DNA from: Acidimicrobiales bacterium
GTDB taxonomy: Bacteria; Actinomycetota; Acidimicrobiia; Acidimicrobiales; DATDAH01
Length of the DNA: 64,000 nt
Reading direction: 5' to 3'
Assembly: GCA_041908445.1 (NCBI GenBank)
Contig: JAYRFK010000060.1
Location: 14,772 to 78,771 of the forward strand
Position 1 is the first letter of the stretch; each line of letters begins with the position of its first letter. The position numbers and the translations under genes were made by a program. Below the pieces are notes generated by a model. That model saw nothing but the letters and a program-made list of their open reading frames with translations, made no database searches and was not told where the DNA came from. Below are positions 35,241 to 45,421 of the stretch, one piece after another.

Positions 35241-36301
35241 GACCCCTGGAGCTGGGTGGCCCGTTCGTCGGCCACCAGGGCGTCGACCACGTCGTCGAGC
35301 TCGCCCGCGAGGATCTTGTCGAGCTTGTAGAGCGTGAGCTCGATGCGGTGGTCGGTGACCCGGTTCTCCTTGAAGTTGTAGGTCCGGATCTTCTCGGAGC
35401 GCCCACCGCCACCGATCTGGCCGCGTCGCTGGTCGGAGGCCGCGGCCGCGGCCTCGTCCTGCTTGGCCTTGAGCAGCCGGGACCGCAGCACCTGCATGGC
35501 CTTGGCCCGGTTCTGGATCTGGCTCTTCTCGTCCTGCATGGCCACCACCACGCCCGTGGGCTTGTGGGTGATGCGGACGGCGGAGTCGGTGGTGTTGACC
35601 GACTGCCCGCCGGGGCCGGACGACCGGTAGACGTCGATCTGGAGGTCGTTCGGGTCGATCTCGATGTCGACCTCCTCGGCCTCGGGCAGCACCGTCACGG
35701 TCGCCGACGAGGTGTGGATGCGGCCCTGGCTCTCGGTGACCGGCACCCGCTGCACCCGGTGCGGGCCGCCCTCGTGCTTCAGGCGGCTCCACACGCCCTC
35801 GCCGCTGAACAGCAGCGTGATGTCCGAGAAGCCGCCCATGTCGGACGGCTGGCTGGCGAGCACCTCGCACTTCCAGCCCATGCGCCCGGCGTAGGCCTGG
35901 TACATCTCGGCGAGGTCACGGGCGAAGAGGTTGGCCTCCTCGCCACCCTCGGCGCCGCGGATCTCGACGATCACGTTCTTGTCGTCGTTGGGGTCCTTCG
36001 GGAGCAGCAGCGTCTTGAGCTCGTCCTCGAGTCGGGCGATGGCGGCCTCGTTGTCGTCGACCTCGGCCCGCATGATCTCGCGGTCGTCGCCGGACGCCTC
36101 GGAGAACATCTCGCGGGCGGTCTGGAGGTCGTCGGTGGCCTGGCGGAGCTGCCGGGACCGCACCACGATCTCCTCGAGCTCCTTGTAGCGCCGGGCGGTG
36201 TCGGCGTAGCGGCGCTGGTCGGCGATGACGGCGGGGTCGGCGAGGCGCGCTTCGACGTCCTCGTACTCCCGCTCCAGGTCGCCGAGCCGCTCCAGCATCA
36301 C
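35237..36301 (-). CDS. prfA: Peptide chain release factor 1
   Basis: RF1 signature including RSSGPGGQSVNTTDSAVRITH. Start is GTG 36301 or the adjacent ATG 36298. Confidence 0.95.
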   Translation of the reverse strand: MMLERLGDLEREYEDVEARLADPAVIADQRRYADTARRYKELEEIVVRSRQLRQATDDLQTAREMFSEASGDDREIMRAEVDDNEAAIARLEDELKTLLLPKDPNDDKNVIVEIRGAEGGEEANLFARDLAEMYQAYAGRMGWKCEVLASQPSDMGGFSDITLLFSGEGVWSRLKHEGGPHRVQRVPVTESQGRIHTSSATVTVLPEAEEVDIEIDPNDLQIDVYRSSGPGGQSVNTTDSAVRITHKPTGVVVAMQDEKSQIQNRAKAMQVLRSRLLKAKQDEAAAAASDQRRGQIGGGGRSEKIRTYNFKENRVTDHRIELTLYKLDKILAGELDDVVDALVADERATQLQGS

Positions 36302-36302
36302 G

Positions 36303-37328
36303 TCAGGCTACGGGAGTGACGTCGTCCCGCCAGTCCCCGGCCACGGCCACGATCTCGGCGGGCTCGACGAGGGCGGCGGCGAGCGCCCGGGTGACGGGGT
36401 GGTCGTCGCGCTCGGGCACGACGAGGACGAGGCGGGCGCCGGGGGCGCGCCACTGGCGGACGTCGGCGGCGGCGGGGACGAGGTCGAGGTCGATCCCCGC
36501 CGAGCACACGACCACGACGGGGGCGCCGTCGGTGGCCTCGCCGAGCGCCGGCGCGGGCGCGGCGTCCTTCACGTTGTCCCGGGCGATCGGCGGGTCGACG
36601 GGGCGCAGCGAGCGGGCGCCCACGAGCCCGGGCCGCTCGACCACGAGCGCCCGCAGCCAGCGCTCGGCCGCGAGCCGGTTGAGCGGGTGGGGGGGCGCAC
36701 CGGGACGGCGCTGGGCGAGCACCGCGTCGATGACCGCGGCCAGGGCGTCGGGCGTGGGCAGGTCGCCGTGGATCATGGCGAACGCCTCGCGGTCGTGGCG
36801 GCCGACCCCGACCTCGAGGCGGGGCGGGCCGTCGTCGGGGACCACGATGCGGGCGATCTCGAGGCCGAGGACCTCGCCGACGATCGCACCGTGCTCGACG
36901 ACCACCTCGACGCCGCTCGCCTCGAGCAGGGCCACAAGGTCGTCGACCTCGGTGGGGCCGGGGCCCGGCTCGGGGTACGGGGTGGCGGCGGCCGGCTCGA
37001 CGGCCCGGCCCCGCACGCGCCAGACCTCGGGGGCGCCCGTGAACGCAGGCGCCCGCCGGGCCACCACGCCGGCGGCCTCGTCGTCCACCAGCACGTGCAG
37101 CGCCGCGACCCCCTGGGCGCGTGCCCACGCCAGTGCGGGCCCGAGCACGCGGTGGGGCTGCTCGTCGGCGAGCACCCAGGCGGTGGGACCGTCGTCGCCG
37201 GGCTGGACGAGGCCGGCGCCGCCGCCGAACACCGCCGGTGTCCGCTCGGCCTCGCCCCAGTGGTCGCGGACGAGCGCGCCGAGCTTGGCGCCCAGCAGCG
37301 CGGCGCGGCGGTCGGGGTCGAGCGTCAT
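36303..37328 (-). CDS. Hypothetical protein (341 aa) between rpmE and prfA
   Basis: Normal soluble-protein composition from ATG 37328 (MTLDPDRRAALLGAKL...). The 67 upstream codons are Ser/Pro/Ala junk. The stop lies 1 nt before the prfA start. No motif I can assign. Confidence 0.6.
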   Translation of the reverse strand: MTLDPDRRAALLGAKLGALVRDHWGEAERTPAVFGGGAGLVQPGDDGPTAWVLADEQPHRVLGPALAWARAQGVAALHVLVDDEAAGVVARRAPAFTGAPEVWRVRGRAVEPAAATPYPEPGPGPTEVDDLVALLEASGVEVVVEHGAIVGEVLGLEIARIVVPDDGPPRLEVGVGRHDREAFAMIHGDLPTPDALAAVIDAVLAQRRPGAPPHPLNRLAAERWLRALVVERPGLVGARSLRPVDPPIARDNVKDAAPAPALGEATDGAPVVVVCSAGIDLDLVPAAADVRQWRAPGARLVLVVPERDDHPVTRALAAALVEPAEIVAVAGDWRDDVTPVA

Positions 37329-37371
37329 GGTCGGTGTGCGGGGCCCCGGTCGGGCGCCCGCCGGGCGGGTG

Positions 37372-37584
37372 CTACTGGCCCTTGCGCTTGCCGTAGCGGC
37401 GCTCGAACCGGTCGATGCGGCCGCCGGAGTCCACCAGCTTCTGCTTGCCGGTGTAGAAGGGGTGGCACTCGCTGCACAGCTCGACGTGGAGGTCGGGCTC
37501 GGTGGAGCGGGTGGTGAACGTGTTGCCACACGAGCACTTCACGGTGGCGACCACGTAGTCGGGGTGGATGTCAGCCTTCATCAC
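37372..37584 (-). CDS. rpmE: 50S ribosomal protein L31, Zn-ribbon (type A)
   Basis: MKADIHPDY...KCSCGNTF...[13 protein letters not shown]. Confidence 0.95.
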   Translation of the reverse strand: MMKADIHPDYVVATVKCSCGNTFTTRSTEPDLHVELCSECHPFYTGKQKLVDSGGRIDRFERRYGKRKGQ

Positions 37585-37638
37585 GTGCCTTCTTCACTGA
37601 GCGGGGTGGTCATCGTAGCGGGCGGGGCCTCGTGAGCC

Positions 37639-39399
37639 TCAGCCGCCGGGCGCGGCCTTGGCGATCTCGTCGAGGAACGCGTCGTTGGACTTGAACGTCT
37701 TCATGCGGTCGATCAGCAGCTCGAGGCCGGCGCCGTTGCCGCCGTCGAGGGCGTGCAGCACCCGCCGGAGCTTCCAGACCTGCTGGAGCTCCTTCTTCTC
37801 GAACAGCAGCTCCTCGTGCCGGGTGGACGAGGCCTCGACGTCGATGGCGGGGTAGATCCGGCGCTCGGCGAGGCGCCGGTCGAGCCGCAGCTCCATGTTC
37901 CCGGTGCCCTTGAACTCCTCGAAGATGACCTCGTCCATCCGCGAGCCGGTGTCGATCAGCGCGGTGGCGAGGATGGTGAGCGAGCCACCCTCCTCGAGGT
38001 TGCGGGCGGCGCCGAAGAACTTCTTCGGCGGGTAGAGCGCCCCGGTGTCGATGCCGCCGGACATGACCCGGCCGGTGGCCGGCGCCGAGAGGTTGTAGGC
38101 CCGGGCCAGGCGGGTGATGCCGTCCAGCACGACCACGACGTCCTTGCCGGACTCGACCAGGCGCTTGGCCCGCTCGATGGTGAGCTCGGCCACCTGGGTG
38201 TGCTCCTCGGTGGGCCGGTCGAAGGTGGAGGCCGCGACCTCGCCCTTCTTCACCCACCGGCGCATGTCGGTGACCTCCTCGGGCCGCTCGTCGACGAGCA
38301 GCACGATGAGCTCGACCTCGGGGTTGTTCACCTCGATGGCCCGCACGATCTGCTTCATCACCGTGGTCTTGCCCGCCTTCGGGGGCGACACGATGAGGCC
38401 GCGGGTGCCCTTGCCGATGGGGGCGATGAGGTCGATGATCCGCGACGTCATGTTGTACGGGTCGGCGGACGACTCGAGGCGCAGCTTCTGGTCGGGGAAC
38501 AGCGCGGTCAGCTCGTCGAAGCGGGGGCGCTGGCGGGCCTCGTCGGGGGCCACGCCGTTCACCGCGTCGATCTGAAGCAGCGCCGGGTTCTTCTCGTTGC
38601 GGTTCGCCGGGCGGCTCGTGCCCGTGACCCGGTCGCCCTTGCGCAGCGAGAACTGCCGCACCTGCTTCACCGAGACGTAGACGTCGTCCTTGCTGGCGAG
38701 GTAGCCGTGGAGGCGCAGGAAGCCGTAGCCCTCGTCGCGCAGGTCGAGCAGGCCCTCGACGGGGACGGGGTCGCCCTGCCATGGCTCGTCGCCCCCGGGG
38801 CGGTCGCCCCGACCGCGCCGGCGCCGGCGCCGGTTGCCGGACTCGGTCTCGTCGCCCTGGCCACCCTGGCCGCCGTCGCCACCGCCGGCGCGGTTGGCGT
38901 CGTCACCGCGGTCCTTGCCGCCGTCGCCCTGCCCCTGGCCTCCCTTCGCGCCGCCCTTGGCGGGCTTGGCGGCATTGGCCGAGGCCTCGGCGCCCTCGTC
39001 GTCGTCACCGTCACCGTGGTCGTCGTCCTCCGCAGCCCGGGCGGGGCGGGCGCGGCCCTTGCCGTTGGTGCTCGGCGCCGGCGCCTCGTCGGCGTGGTCG
39101 TCGCCACCCGCCGCATCGTGGGCACCCGCGGTCCCGCCATCGGCCGAGTCGCCACCGTCCGCGTCGCCGCTGCCGGTGTCGGCCGCCTCGACGGCCGCAG
39201 GCGCCTCGTCGGCGCCACCGTCCGCCGGGCCCCCGGCGGGCTCGGTGACCCCGGCCAGCTCGAGGATCAGGTCGATGATCTCGCCCTTGCGCGCCCGTGA
39301 CCCGGGCTTGCCCCCCATCGCCTCGGCGATGGTCTGGAGCTCGTCGCGGTCCTTGCGCTCGAGCGCCGCTCGCTCGAGGTCCGTGGACTCCACGCTCAT
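37639..39399 (-). CDS. rho: Transcription termination factor Rho with actinobacterial-type Gly/Asp/Arg-rich N-terminal insertion
   Basis: Core motifs [24 protein letters not shown] (Walker A), [37 protein letters not shown] lies before ATG 39399. The ORF-track extension to 40461 is antisense to the ABC gene. Confidence 0.95.
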   Translation of the reverse strand: MSVESTDLERAALERKDRDELQTIAEAMGGKPGSRARKGEIIDLILELAGVTEPAGGPADGGADEAPAAVEAADTGSGDADGGDSADGGTAGAHDAAGGDDHADEAPAPSTNGKGRARPARAAEDDDHGDGDDDEGAEASANAAKPAKGGAKGGQGQGDGGKDRGDDANRAGGGDGGQGGQGDETESGNRRRRRRGRGDRPGGDEPWQGDPVPVEGLLDLRDEGYGFLRLHGYLASKDDVYVSVKQVRQFSLRKGDRVTGTSRPANRNEKNPALLQIDAVNGVAPDEARQRPRFDELTALFPDQKLRLESSADPYNMTSRIIDLIAPIGKGTRGLIVSPPKAGKTTVMKQIVRAIEVNNPEVELIVLLVDERPEEVTDMRRWVKKGEVAASTFDRPTEEHTQVAELTIERAKRLVESGKDVVVVLDGITRLARAYNLSAPATGRVMSGGIDTGALYPPKKFFGAARNLEEGGSLTILATALIDTGSRMDEVIFEEFKGTGNMELRLDRRLAERRIYPAIDVEASSTRHEELLFEKKELQQVWKLRRVLHALDGGNGAGLELLIDRMKTFKSNDAFLDEIAKAAPGG

Positions 39400-39636
39400 G
39401 GTTCCTTCTTTCACGCATCGGGGCCGACGCGGGCGACACGAGCCGCACGGTCCGGCAAGGGGGAGATCGCCGAGCGGGAGACCGCCACCGCGACCGCCGT
39501 GCGGCGACACGCCCGGGCCTCGGGAGGAGAGGTCGGCACCGGGTGGTGGAACGGGTCCGTCATCGACGGCCCGACCACGATACCAGTTGTCCCTCCCGGG
39601 GCCAGATGGCGCCCGACCGCAGGCGTCCGGCCCGAA

Positions 39637-40488
39637 ATGGGCGGGCACGCGCCCCGCCCGGCCGCGAGACTCGGTCCCGTGGGGGAACGCACGGACGCTC
39701 CGGTGCTGGAGGCACGCGGCCTCGTGAAGGTCTACAAGCGCGTCCGTGCGGTCGACGGGGTCAGCCTCGTCGTCGCCCCGGGCGAGCGCCTCGGGCTGCT
39801 CGGCCCGAACGGCGCCGGCAAGACCACCACGCTGCTCATGCTGCTGGGCGCGATCACGCCCGACGAGGGCACCGTCACGATCGCCGGCCACCGCCTGCCC
39901 CGCCATCGCAGCCGGGCCATGCAGCACGTCGGCTTCGCGGCCGGCTACCTGCCCCTGCCCGACCGCCTGCGGGTGCGCGAGGTGCTCGGGATCTTCGGCC
40001 GCCTCTACGGGCTCGACGACCCGTTCCCCGCGGCCGACGCCGCCCTCGACCGCTTCGGCGTCCGTCACCTCGCCGGCGCCATGTGCATGGAGCTCTCCTC
40101 GGGCCAGCGCACGATCGTCGGCATCGCCAAGGCGATCATGCACCACCCCCAGCTCCTCGTCCTCGACGAGCCCACCGCGTCGCTCGACCCCGACGTGGCC
40201 CTTCGGGTGCGCACCGGCCTGCAGAGCCTGAGCGACGACGAGGGCATCGCCCTGCTCGTCACCAGCCACAACATGGTCGAGGTGGAGGAGCTCTGCGAGC
40301 GGGTCGTGTTCGTCCAGGGCGGCCGCGTCGTCGCGGACGGCACCCCCGCCGAGATCGCCGGCGACGGCTCGCTGGAGGAGTTCTTCCTCGCCCTCGCCCG
40401 CAACGACGAGCTCGACAGCATCGGCACGTACCGGGGCGCCGGCGGCCACGTCGCCCCCCACGACGACGAAGGCTCGGCCCGCGCATGA
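39637..40488 (+). CDS. ABC transporter ATP-binding protein
   Basis: Walker A GPNGAGKTT, signature LSSGQ, Walker B LLVLDEPT, H-loop TSHN. Start is ATG 39637 or GTG 39679. Confidence 0.85.
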   Translation: MGGHAPRPAARLGPVGERTDAPVLEARGLVKVYKRVRAVDGVSLVVAPGERLGLLGPNGAGKTTTLLMLLGAITPDEGTVTIAGHRLPRHRSRAMQHVGFAAGYLPLPDRLRVREVLGIFGRLYGLDDPFPAADAALDRFGVRHLAGAMCMELSSGQRTIVGIAKAIMHHPQLLVLDEPTASLDPDVALRVRTGLQSLSDDEGIALLVTSHNMVEVEELCERVVFVQGGRVVADGTPAEIAGDGSLEEFFLALARNDELDSIGTYRGAGGHVAPHDDEGSARA

Positions 40489-41321
40489 GCGCCCCCACCG
40501 ACGACCGCCTCGGGCTCGCCGGGATCCATCCCCGCCGGTGGACCCGGATCAAGGCCATCGCGATCCGCCACGCGTACGTGCTGCGCCGCAGCCCCCACCG
40601 ATCGTTCGACGTGTTCGTCTGGCCGGTCGTCGACGTCCTGCTGTGGGGATCGCTCGGCGTGTTCGTCACCCGCCAGGGCCAGGCCGGTCAGGCCGGCGCC
40701 GAGTACCTGCTGGCCGGGATCCTGCTCTTCCACGTGCTGTACCAGAGCCAGATCGCGCTCTCGACCGGCTTCCTCGAGGAGGTCTGGTCGCGCAACCTCC
40801 TCAACTTCATGACGACGCCCTGCAACGAGTGGGAGTACGCCGCCGGCGTGGCCCTGTTCGGCCTGGCCAAGGTGGCCACCGGCCTGGCCGTGGTGTTCCT
40901 CGCCGCCTTCGGCTTCTACGCGTTCTCGATCTTCGACGTGGGCTGGGCGCTGATCCCGATCGGCAGCGTGCTGCTCATCGCCGGCTGGTCGATCTCGCTG
41001 TTCGTCATCGGCCTGGTCCTGCGCTTCGGCCAGAGCGCCGAGGTCATGGCCTGGGGGATCCTCTTCGTCGTGATGCCGCTGTCGGGCATCTTCTACCCGG
41101 TCGACGCGCTGCCGGCGATCCTCCAGCCGATCTCGGTGGTGCTGCCCACGACCCACGCGTTCGCCGCGGTGCGCACCGTGCTCGACGGCGACCCGATGCC
41201 GTGGGACCAGCTCGCCATCGCCGCGGCCGGCTGCGTCGGTGTCGCCCTCGTCGGCCTCTGGTTCGTCACCCACATGCTGAAGACCTTCCGCCAGCGCGGC
41301 TACATCACCCGCTTCAGCTGA
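40485..41321 (+). CDS. ABC-2 type transporter permease
   Basis: Six hydrophobic segments with the ABC-2 layout. ATGA overlap with the ATPase stop. Confidence 0.75.
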   Translation: MSAPTDDRLGLAGIHPRRWTRIKAIAIRHAYVLRRSPHRSFDVFVWPVVDVLLWGSLGVFVTRQGQAGQAGAEYLLAGILLFHVLYQSQIALSTGFLEEVWSRNLLNFMTTPCNEWEYAAGVALFGLAKVATGLAVVFLAAFGFYAFSIFDVGWALIPIGSVLLIAGWSISLFVIGLVLRFGQSAEVMAWGILFVVMPLSGIFYPVDALPAILQPISVVLPTTHAFAAVRTVLDGDPMPWDQLAIAAAGCVGVALVGLWFVTHMLKTFRQRGYITRFS

Positions 41322-41527
41322 CGCCCTCGCGGCGCGGCGACACGGGATCGGTGACCGAGCCTCGGCGCAGGGTCGCAGCAGCGCGGCCACGTCTCGGCAC
41401 GGTTCGGGCAGCCGCGGCTGGGGCGGAGGGCCCGCGGTCGGCGCCGCCGCATAGGTATGTGACCGAGATCACCGTCGGCGGGTGACCTTCGGCCCTGCGC
41501 GGTCGAGACACGCGGCGCGAGGGTCGG

Positions 41528-44500
41528 GTGAAGAGAACGGAACGGGCGGTGATCGCGATGCTGCGACGACTCGTGGGTATGACGCTGGTGGCGGTGCTGG
41601 TCGGAGCGCTCCTGGTGGTGATGCCCGTGGCGGCGCAGGCGGCCCCTGCGGCCCCCCTCCCCCCGGTGTTCTCCCTCACGTGGGGCAGCTACGGGACCGG
41701 TGACGGGCAATTCAACGAGCAGCGCGGCGTCGCGACCGACAGCGCCGGGAGCGTCTACGTCACCGACTACTGGAACCACCGGGTCCAGAAGTTCTCGTCC
41801 TCCGGCACGTACCTCACCCAGTGGGGCGGCTACGGCAGTGGGCCCGGCCAGTTCAACCAGCCCTTCGGGGTGGCGACCGACAGCGCCGACAACGTCTATG
41901 TCGTCGACCAGTACAACAGCCGCGTCCAGAAGTTCTCCGCCGACGGCACCTACCTCACCGAGTGGGGAACCCAGGGCTTCGGTCCCGGCGAGTTCTACTG
42001 GCCCTCGGCGGTGGCGACCGACGCCGCCGACAACATCTACGTCGTGGATCTCTACAACAACCGGGTCGAGAAGTTCACCTCGGATGGCACCTTCCTGACC
42101 CAGTGGGGCACCTACGGCTCCGAGAATGGCCAGTTCTTCCACCCCGAGGCGGTGGCGATCGACGGCGCCGGGAACGTCTACGTCACCGACACCTACAACC
42201 GGGTCCAGAAGTTCACCGGTGACGGCACCTACCTCACCCAGTGGGGCACCTACGGCTCCGGCGACGGCCAGTTCGACGACGCGGTCGGGGTGGCGACCGA
42301 CAGCGCCGGCCACGTCTACGTCGCCGACAAGGAGAACAACCGCATCCAGGAGTTCACCGGCGACGGCACCTACCTCACCCAGTGGGGCACCTACGGCTCC
42401 GGCAACGGCCAGTTCTCCAACGAGTGGGGGCTGACGGTCGACGCCGCCGGCAACGTGTACGTCATCGACTCCGGCAATTCCAGGGTGCAGAAGTTCGTGC
42501 TGGCGGCGCCGGCGGTGTCGGTGGCGAAGTCGGCCGACGAGACGTCGGTGTCGGTGGGTGACACCATCCACCTGCACGTGGTGATCGAGAACACCGGAAA
42601 CGTGCCGCTCACCGGGATCACCGTCGCCGACCCGGACGCCACCGGGTGCGCGGGTCCGGTGGCGGACCTCGCGGTGGGTGCTTCGCGCACCGTCGACTGC
42701 ACTCACACCGCGCTCGCGGGCGACGTCCCCACCTACCGCAACACGGCCAGCGTGGAAACCGACCAGACCGGGCCGACCGACTCGAACACCCTCGAGGTCG
42801 CCGTCCTGGACACGACCGACCCGACGGTCGACCTGCGCACCCCCGCCGCCGACCAGGCCTTCACCCTCGGCGCCGCCGCCACCGCCGACTACAGCTGCGA
42901 CGACACCGGCGGCTCCGGGCTCGACACCTGCACCGGCACCATCGCCGACGGCGACCCCATCGACACCACCGCCCTCGGCACCTACACCTTCACCGTCACC
43001 GCCACCGACCACGCCGGCAACGAAACCACCGTCACCCACACCTACCGCGTCGTCGGCCTCCCCGCCCACAACGGCCGCATCGCCTTCGTGTCGAACCGGG
43101 ACGGCGACGACGAGATCTTCACCATGAACGTGGACGGCTCGGGCCAGACCCAGCTCACCCACAACACGGTCAGCGACAACGACCCGGCCTGGTCCCCCGA
43201 CGGCACCCGCATCGCGTTCACCAGCACCCGCGACGGCAACCCCGAGATCTACGCCATGAACGCCGACGGCACCGGCGTCGCCCGCCTCACCACCGATCCC
43301 GAGGTCGACCGGCACGCGGCGTGGTCGCCCGACGGCACGCGCATCGCGTTCTCGAGCCGCCGCGACGGCAACTGCGCCGGCAGCCCCGTCTCGTGCGACG
43401 AGATCTACGTGATGGATGCGGACGGCACGGGTCAGACGCGGCTCACCACCGCCTACAACTACGACAACTCGCCGGCCTGGTCGCCAGACGGCGCGCACAT
43501 CGCCTTCACGGCAGCACGCGACGACAACGCCGAGATCTACGTGATGAACGCGGACGGCACCGGGCAGGCCCGCCTCACCAGCGAGCCCGCCAACGACCTG
43601 CAGCCCGCCTGGTCCCCCGACGGCACCCGCATCGCCTTCACCAGCGCACGCGACGGCAACGAGGAGATCTGGACCATGGGCGCGGACGGGAGCGCGGCCG
43701 TCCAGCTCACCGACTCCCCGACCAACAACGGCGGCCCCGCGTGGTCACCGGACGGCCGGTTCATCGCCTTCGACACGAACCGCGGGCCCGCCCCCTTCGA
43801 GGTCTACCGGATGAACGCCGACGGCTCCGCGGAGACGAACCTCACCGTCACCATCGGACGAGACGACTACGCGCCCGACTGGCAGCCCGTCCGCGACGCC
43901 GAGGGCCCGACCATCACGATCACCACCCCCGCCGACGGCGACACCTACCTCCGAGGCGCCTCGGTGACCGCGGACTACGCCTGCTCGGACACCCCGGCCG
44001 GCGTCGTCGAGTGCACCGGGACGCTCGACGGCGGGGCCATCGCCGACGGCGACCCGCTGGACACCACCACGCTCGGCGAGCACACCTTCACGGTCACGGC
44101 CACGGACAACGCCGGCAACACCGCCGCACGCACCCACCACTTCACGGTGGTGCGGGCGGGCGAGCTCGCCGGGACGGTCACCGAGACGGGCACCGGCACC
44201 CCGCTCGAGGGCACCTGGGTGATCGTGCTGCAGGCGGCGGACTACGGCCTGGTGGGTGGCGCCGAGACCGCCGCGGACGGGACCTGGTCGCTGCGGGTCG
44301 ACCCCGGCGACTACCACCTCGAGTTCGTCGATCCGGCCCTGTCGCATGTGATCGAGTGGTACGACGGCCACGGCTACCGGGACCTCGCGCAGGCCGACAC
44401 GGCCAGTGCCACCGCGGGCGCCACCACGACCGTCGACGCCGACCTGGTCGACCCCACCGGCGCGGTCTCGGGCACGGTCACCGAAACGGGCACCGGCACC

Positions 44501-45361
44501 CCCCTCGCCGATGCCGTCGTGGCCGTGCTGCCGGCAGGGGTGTCCCACCCGCTGGCCGCGACCTCCACGGACGCCGACGGGCACTACCGGCTCACCGGCC
44601 TGCCGCCCGGCGCCTACCTCGTCGTGTCTGCCTTGGCCCAGGGGACCCACGCAGCCACGTTCTTCGGTGACACGATGGATGCGGACGCCGCCACCCCCCT
44701 CATGGTCACCGCCGGCACCACTTCGTCCGGGACCGACATCGCGATGGCCCCCAACGAGGCCGACCCCCTGGCCGGGTCGGTGACCGGCACCGTGACCGAC
44801 GACGTCACCGGCGACCCCGAGCCCGGCGTCCTCGTCGGCGCCATGCGGGCCAGCGACGTCCGGTTCACCGCCGCGACCTTCACCGACGCGTCGGGCCGCT
44901 TCGTCCTCGGCGTCGACGGCGGCGACTACTACGTCGAGTTCTTCGACCTCGACACCGGCCACCGGTTCGAGTGGTACGACGACCAGCAGGACCCCGCATC
45001 GTTCGCCGACCTCACCACCGTGGCCGCCGGCAGCACCGCCGACGCCGCCCTCACCCCCCTCGAGGGGCGGATCGCCGGCGCGGTGACCGAGGACGGCACG
45101 GGTGCCCCCCTCGGCGGTGTCTGGGTCGCGCTCATGGGCTATGCCACCGGGCAGCCCGTGGCCGGCGCCGTCACCGCCGCCGACGGCACCTACGCCATGC
45201 CCGCCGTCGACATCGGCGACTACTACGAGGTCTTCATCGACCCCACTGGCGCCCACGCACTCGAATTCAACGACGATGCCCCCGACATGGGCACCGCCAC
45301 GCCCGTCACCATCACCGGCGGCCACGTCACCACCATCGACGCCGCCCTCGCCGCCAGCTGA
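41528..45361 (+). CDS. Large secreted multidomain protein: signal peptide, 6 NHL repeats, DUF11-like, Ig-like, PD40/TolB-type beta-propeller, Ig-like, 4 CarboxypepD_reg-like domains
   Basis: Signal MKRTERAVIAMLRRLVGMTLVAVLVGALLVVMPVAAQA. Six copies of YGSG.GQF..P.GVATDSAGNVYV.D..N.RVQKF. PD40 units IAF.S.RDGN.EIY.MNADG.G...LT. Two G.HTFTVTATD.AGN modules. GTVTETGTGTPL-type units. GTG start. Confidence 0.8.
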   Translation: MKRTERAVIAMLRRLVGMTLVAVLVGALLVVMPVAAQAAPAAPLPPVFSLTWGSYGTGDGQFNEQRGVATDSAGSVYVTDYWNHRVQKFSSSGTYLTQWGGYGSGPGQFNQPFGVATDSADNVYVVDQYNSRVQKFSADGTYLTEWGTQGFGPGEFYWPSAVATDAADNIYVVDLYNNRVEKFTSDGTFLTQWGTYGSENGQFFHPEAVAIDGAGNVYVTDTYNRVQKFTGDGTYLTQWGTYGSGDGQFDDAVGVATDSAGHVYVADKENNRIQEFTGDGTYLTQWGTYGSGNGQFSNEWGLTVDAAGNVYVIDSGNSRVQKFVLAAPAVSVAKSADETSVSVGDTIHLHVVIENTGNVPLTGITVADPDATGCAGPVADLAVGASRTVDCTHTALAGDVPTYRNTASVETDQTGPTDSNTLEVAVLDTTDPTVDLRTPAADQAFTLGAAATADYSCDDTGGSGLDTCTGTIADGDPIDTTALGTYTFTVTATDHAGNETTVTHTYRVVGLPAHNGRIAFVSNRDGDDEIFTMNVDGSGQTQLTHNTVSDNDPAWSPDGTRIAFTSTRDGNPEIYAMNADGTGVARLTTDPEVDRHAAWSPDGTRIAFSSRRDGNCAGSPVSCDEIYVMDADGTGQTRLTTAYNYDNSPAWSPDGAHIAFTAARDDNAEIYVMNADGTGQARLTSEPANDLQPAWSPDGTRIAFTSARDGNEEIWTMGADGSAAVQLTDSPTNNGGPAWSPDGRFIAFDTNRGPAPFEVYRMNADGSAETNLTVTIGRDDYAPDWQPVRDAEGPTITITTPADGDTYLRGASVTADYACSDTPAGVVECTGTLDGGAIADGDPLDTTTLGEHTFTVTATDNAGNTAARTHHFTVVRAGELAGTVTETGTGTPLEGTWVIVLQAADYGLVGGAETAADGTWSLRVDPGDYHLEFVDPALSHVIEWYDGHGYRDLAQADTASATAGATTTVDADLVDPTGAVSGTVTETGTGTPLADAVVAVLPAGVSHPLAATSTDADGHYRLTGLPPGAYLVVSALAQGTHAATFFGDTMDADAATPLMVTAGTTSSGTDIAMAPNEADPLAGSVTGTVTDDVTGDPEPGVLVGAMRASDVRFTAATFTDASGRFVLGVDGGDYYVEFFDLDTGHRFEWYDDQQDPASFADLTTVAAGSTADAALTPLEGRIAGAVTEDGTGAPLGGVWVALMGYATGQPVAGAVTAADGTYAMPAVDIGDYYEVFIDPTGAHALEFNDDAPDMGTATPVTITGGHVTTIDAALAAS
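41681..42500 (+). repeat. In-frame 141-nt periodic coding repeats (NHL blades)
   Basis: The segment at 42221-42270 recurs almost exactly at 42362-42411 (gacggcacctacctcacccagtggggcacctacggctccgg). Six units of 47 aa. Confidence 0.85.
43066..43850 (+). repeat. In-frame PD40 (WD40-like beta-propeller) coding repeats, about 6 units
   Basis: Recurrent PAWSPDGTRIAF.S.RDGN.EIY.MNADGTG motif. Confidence 0.75.
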
Positions 45362-45421
45362 GCCATCACCACGGGAGGTCCCCGTGGCCGAAACCTGGTC
45401 CGATCTTCGGCCCCGGTTCGA

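Noticed and set aside
39400-40461. 354-codon N-terminal extension of the rho ORF
   Set aside because: It is antisense to the ABC ATPase gene. Rho has a strong RBS and ATG at 39399, and its N-terminus matches known Rho proteins.
41681-42500. Regularly spaced 141-nt repeats checked as a possible CRISPR-like or satellite array
   Set aside because: There are no unique spacers. The repeat unit equals one 47-aa NHL blade in an uninterrupted ORF, and no cas genes are present.
41300-45325. ORFs 41300..43498 minus (732 aa), 42646..44670 plus (674 aa), 43745..45325 minus (526 aa)
   Set aside because: They lie inside the NHL/PD40 gene. Their internal periodicity merely mirrors the coding repeats of the real frame.
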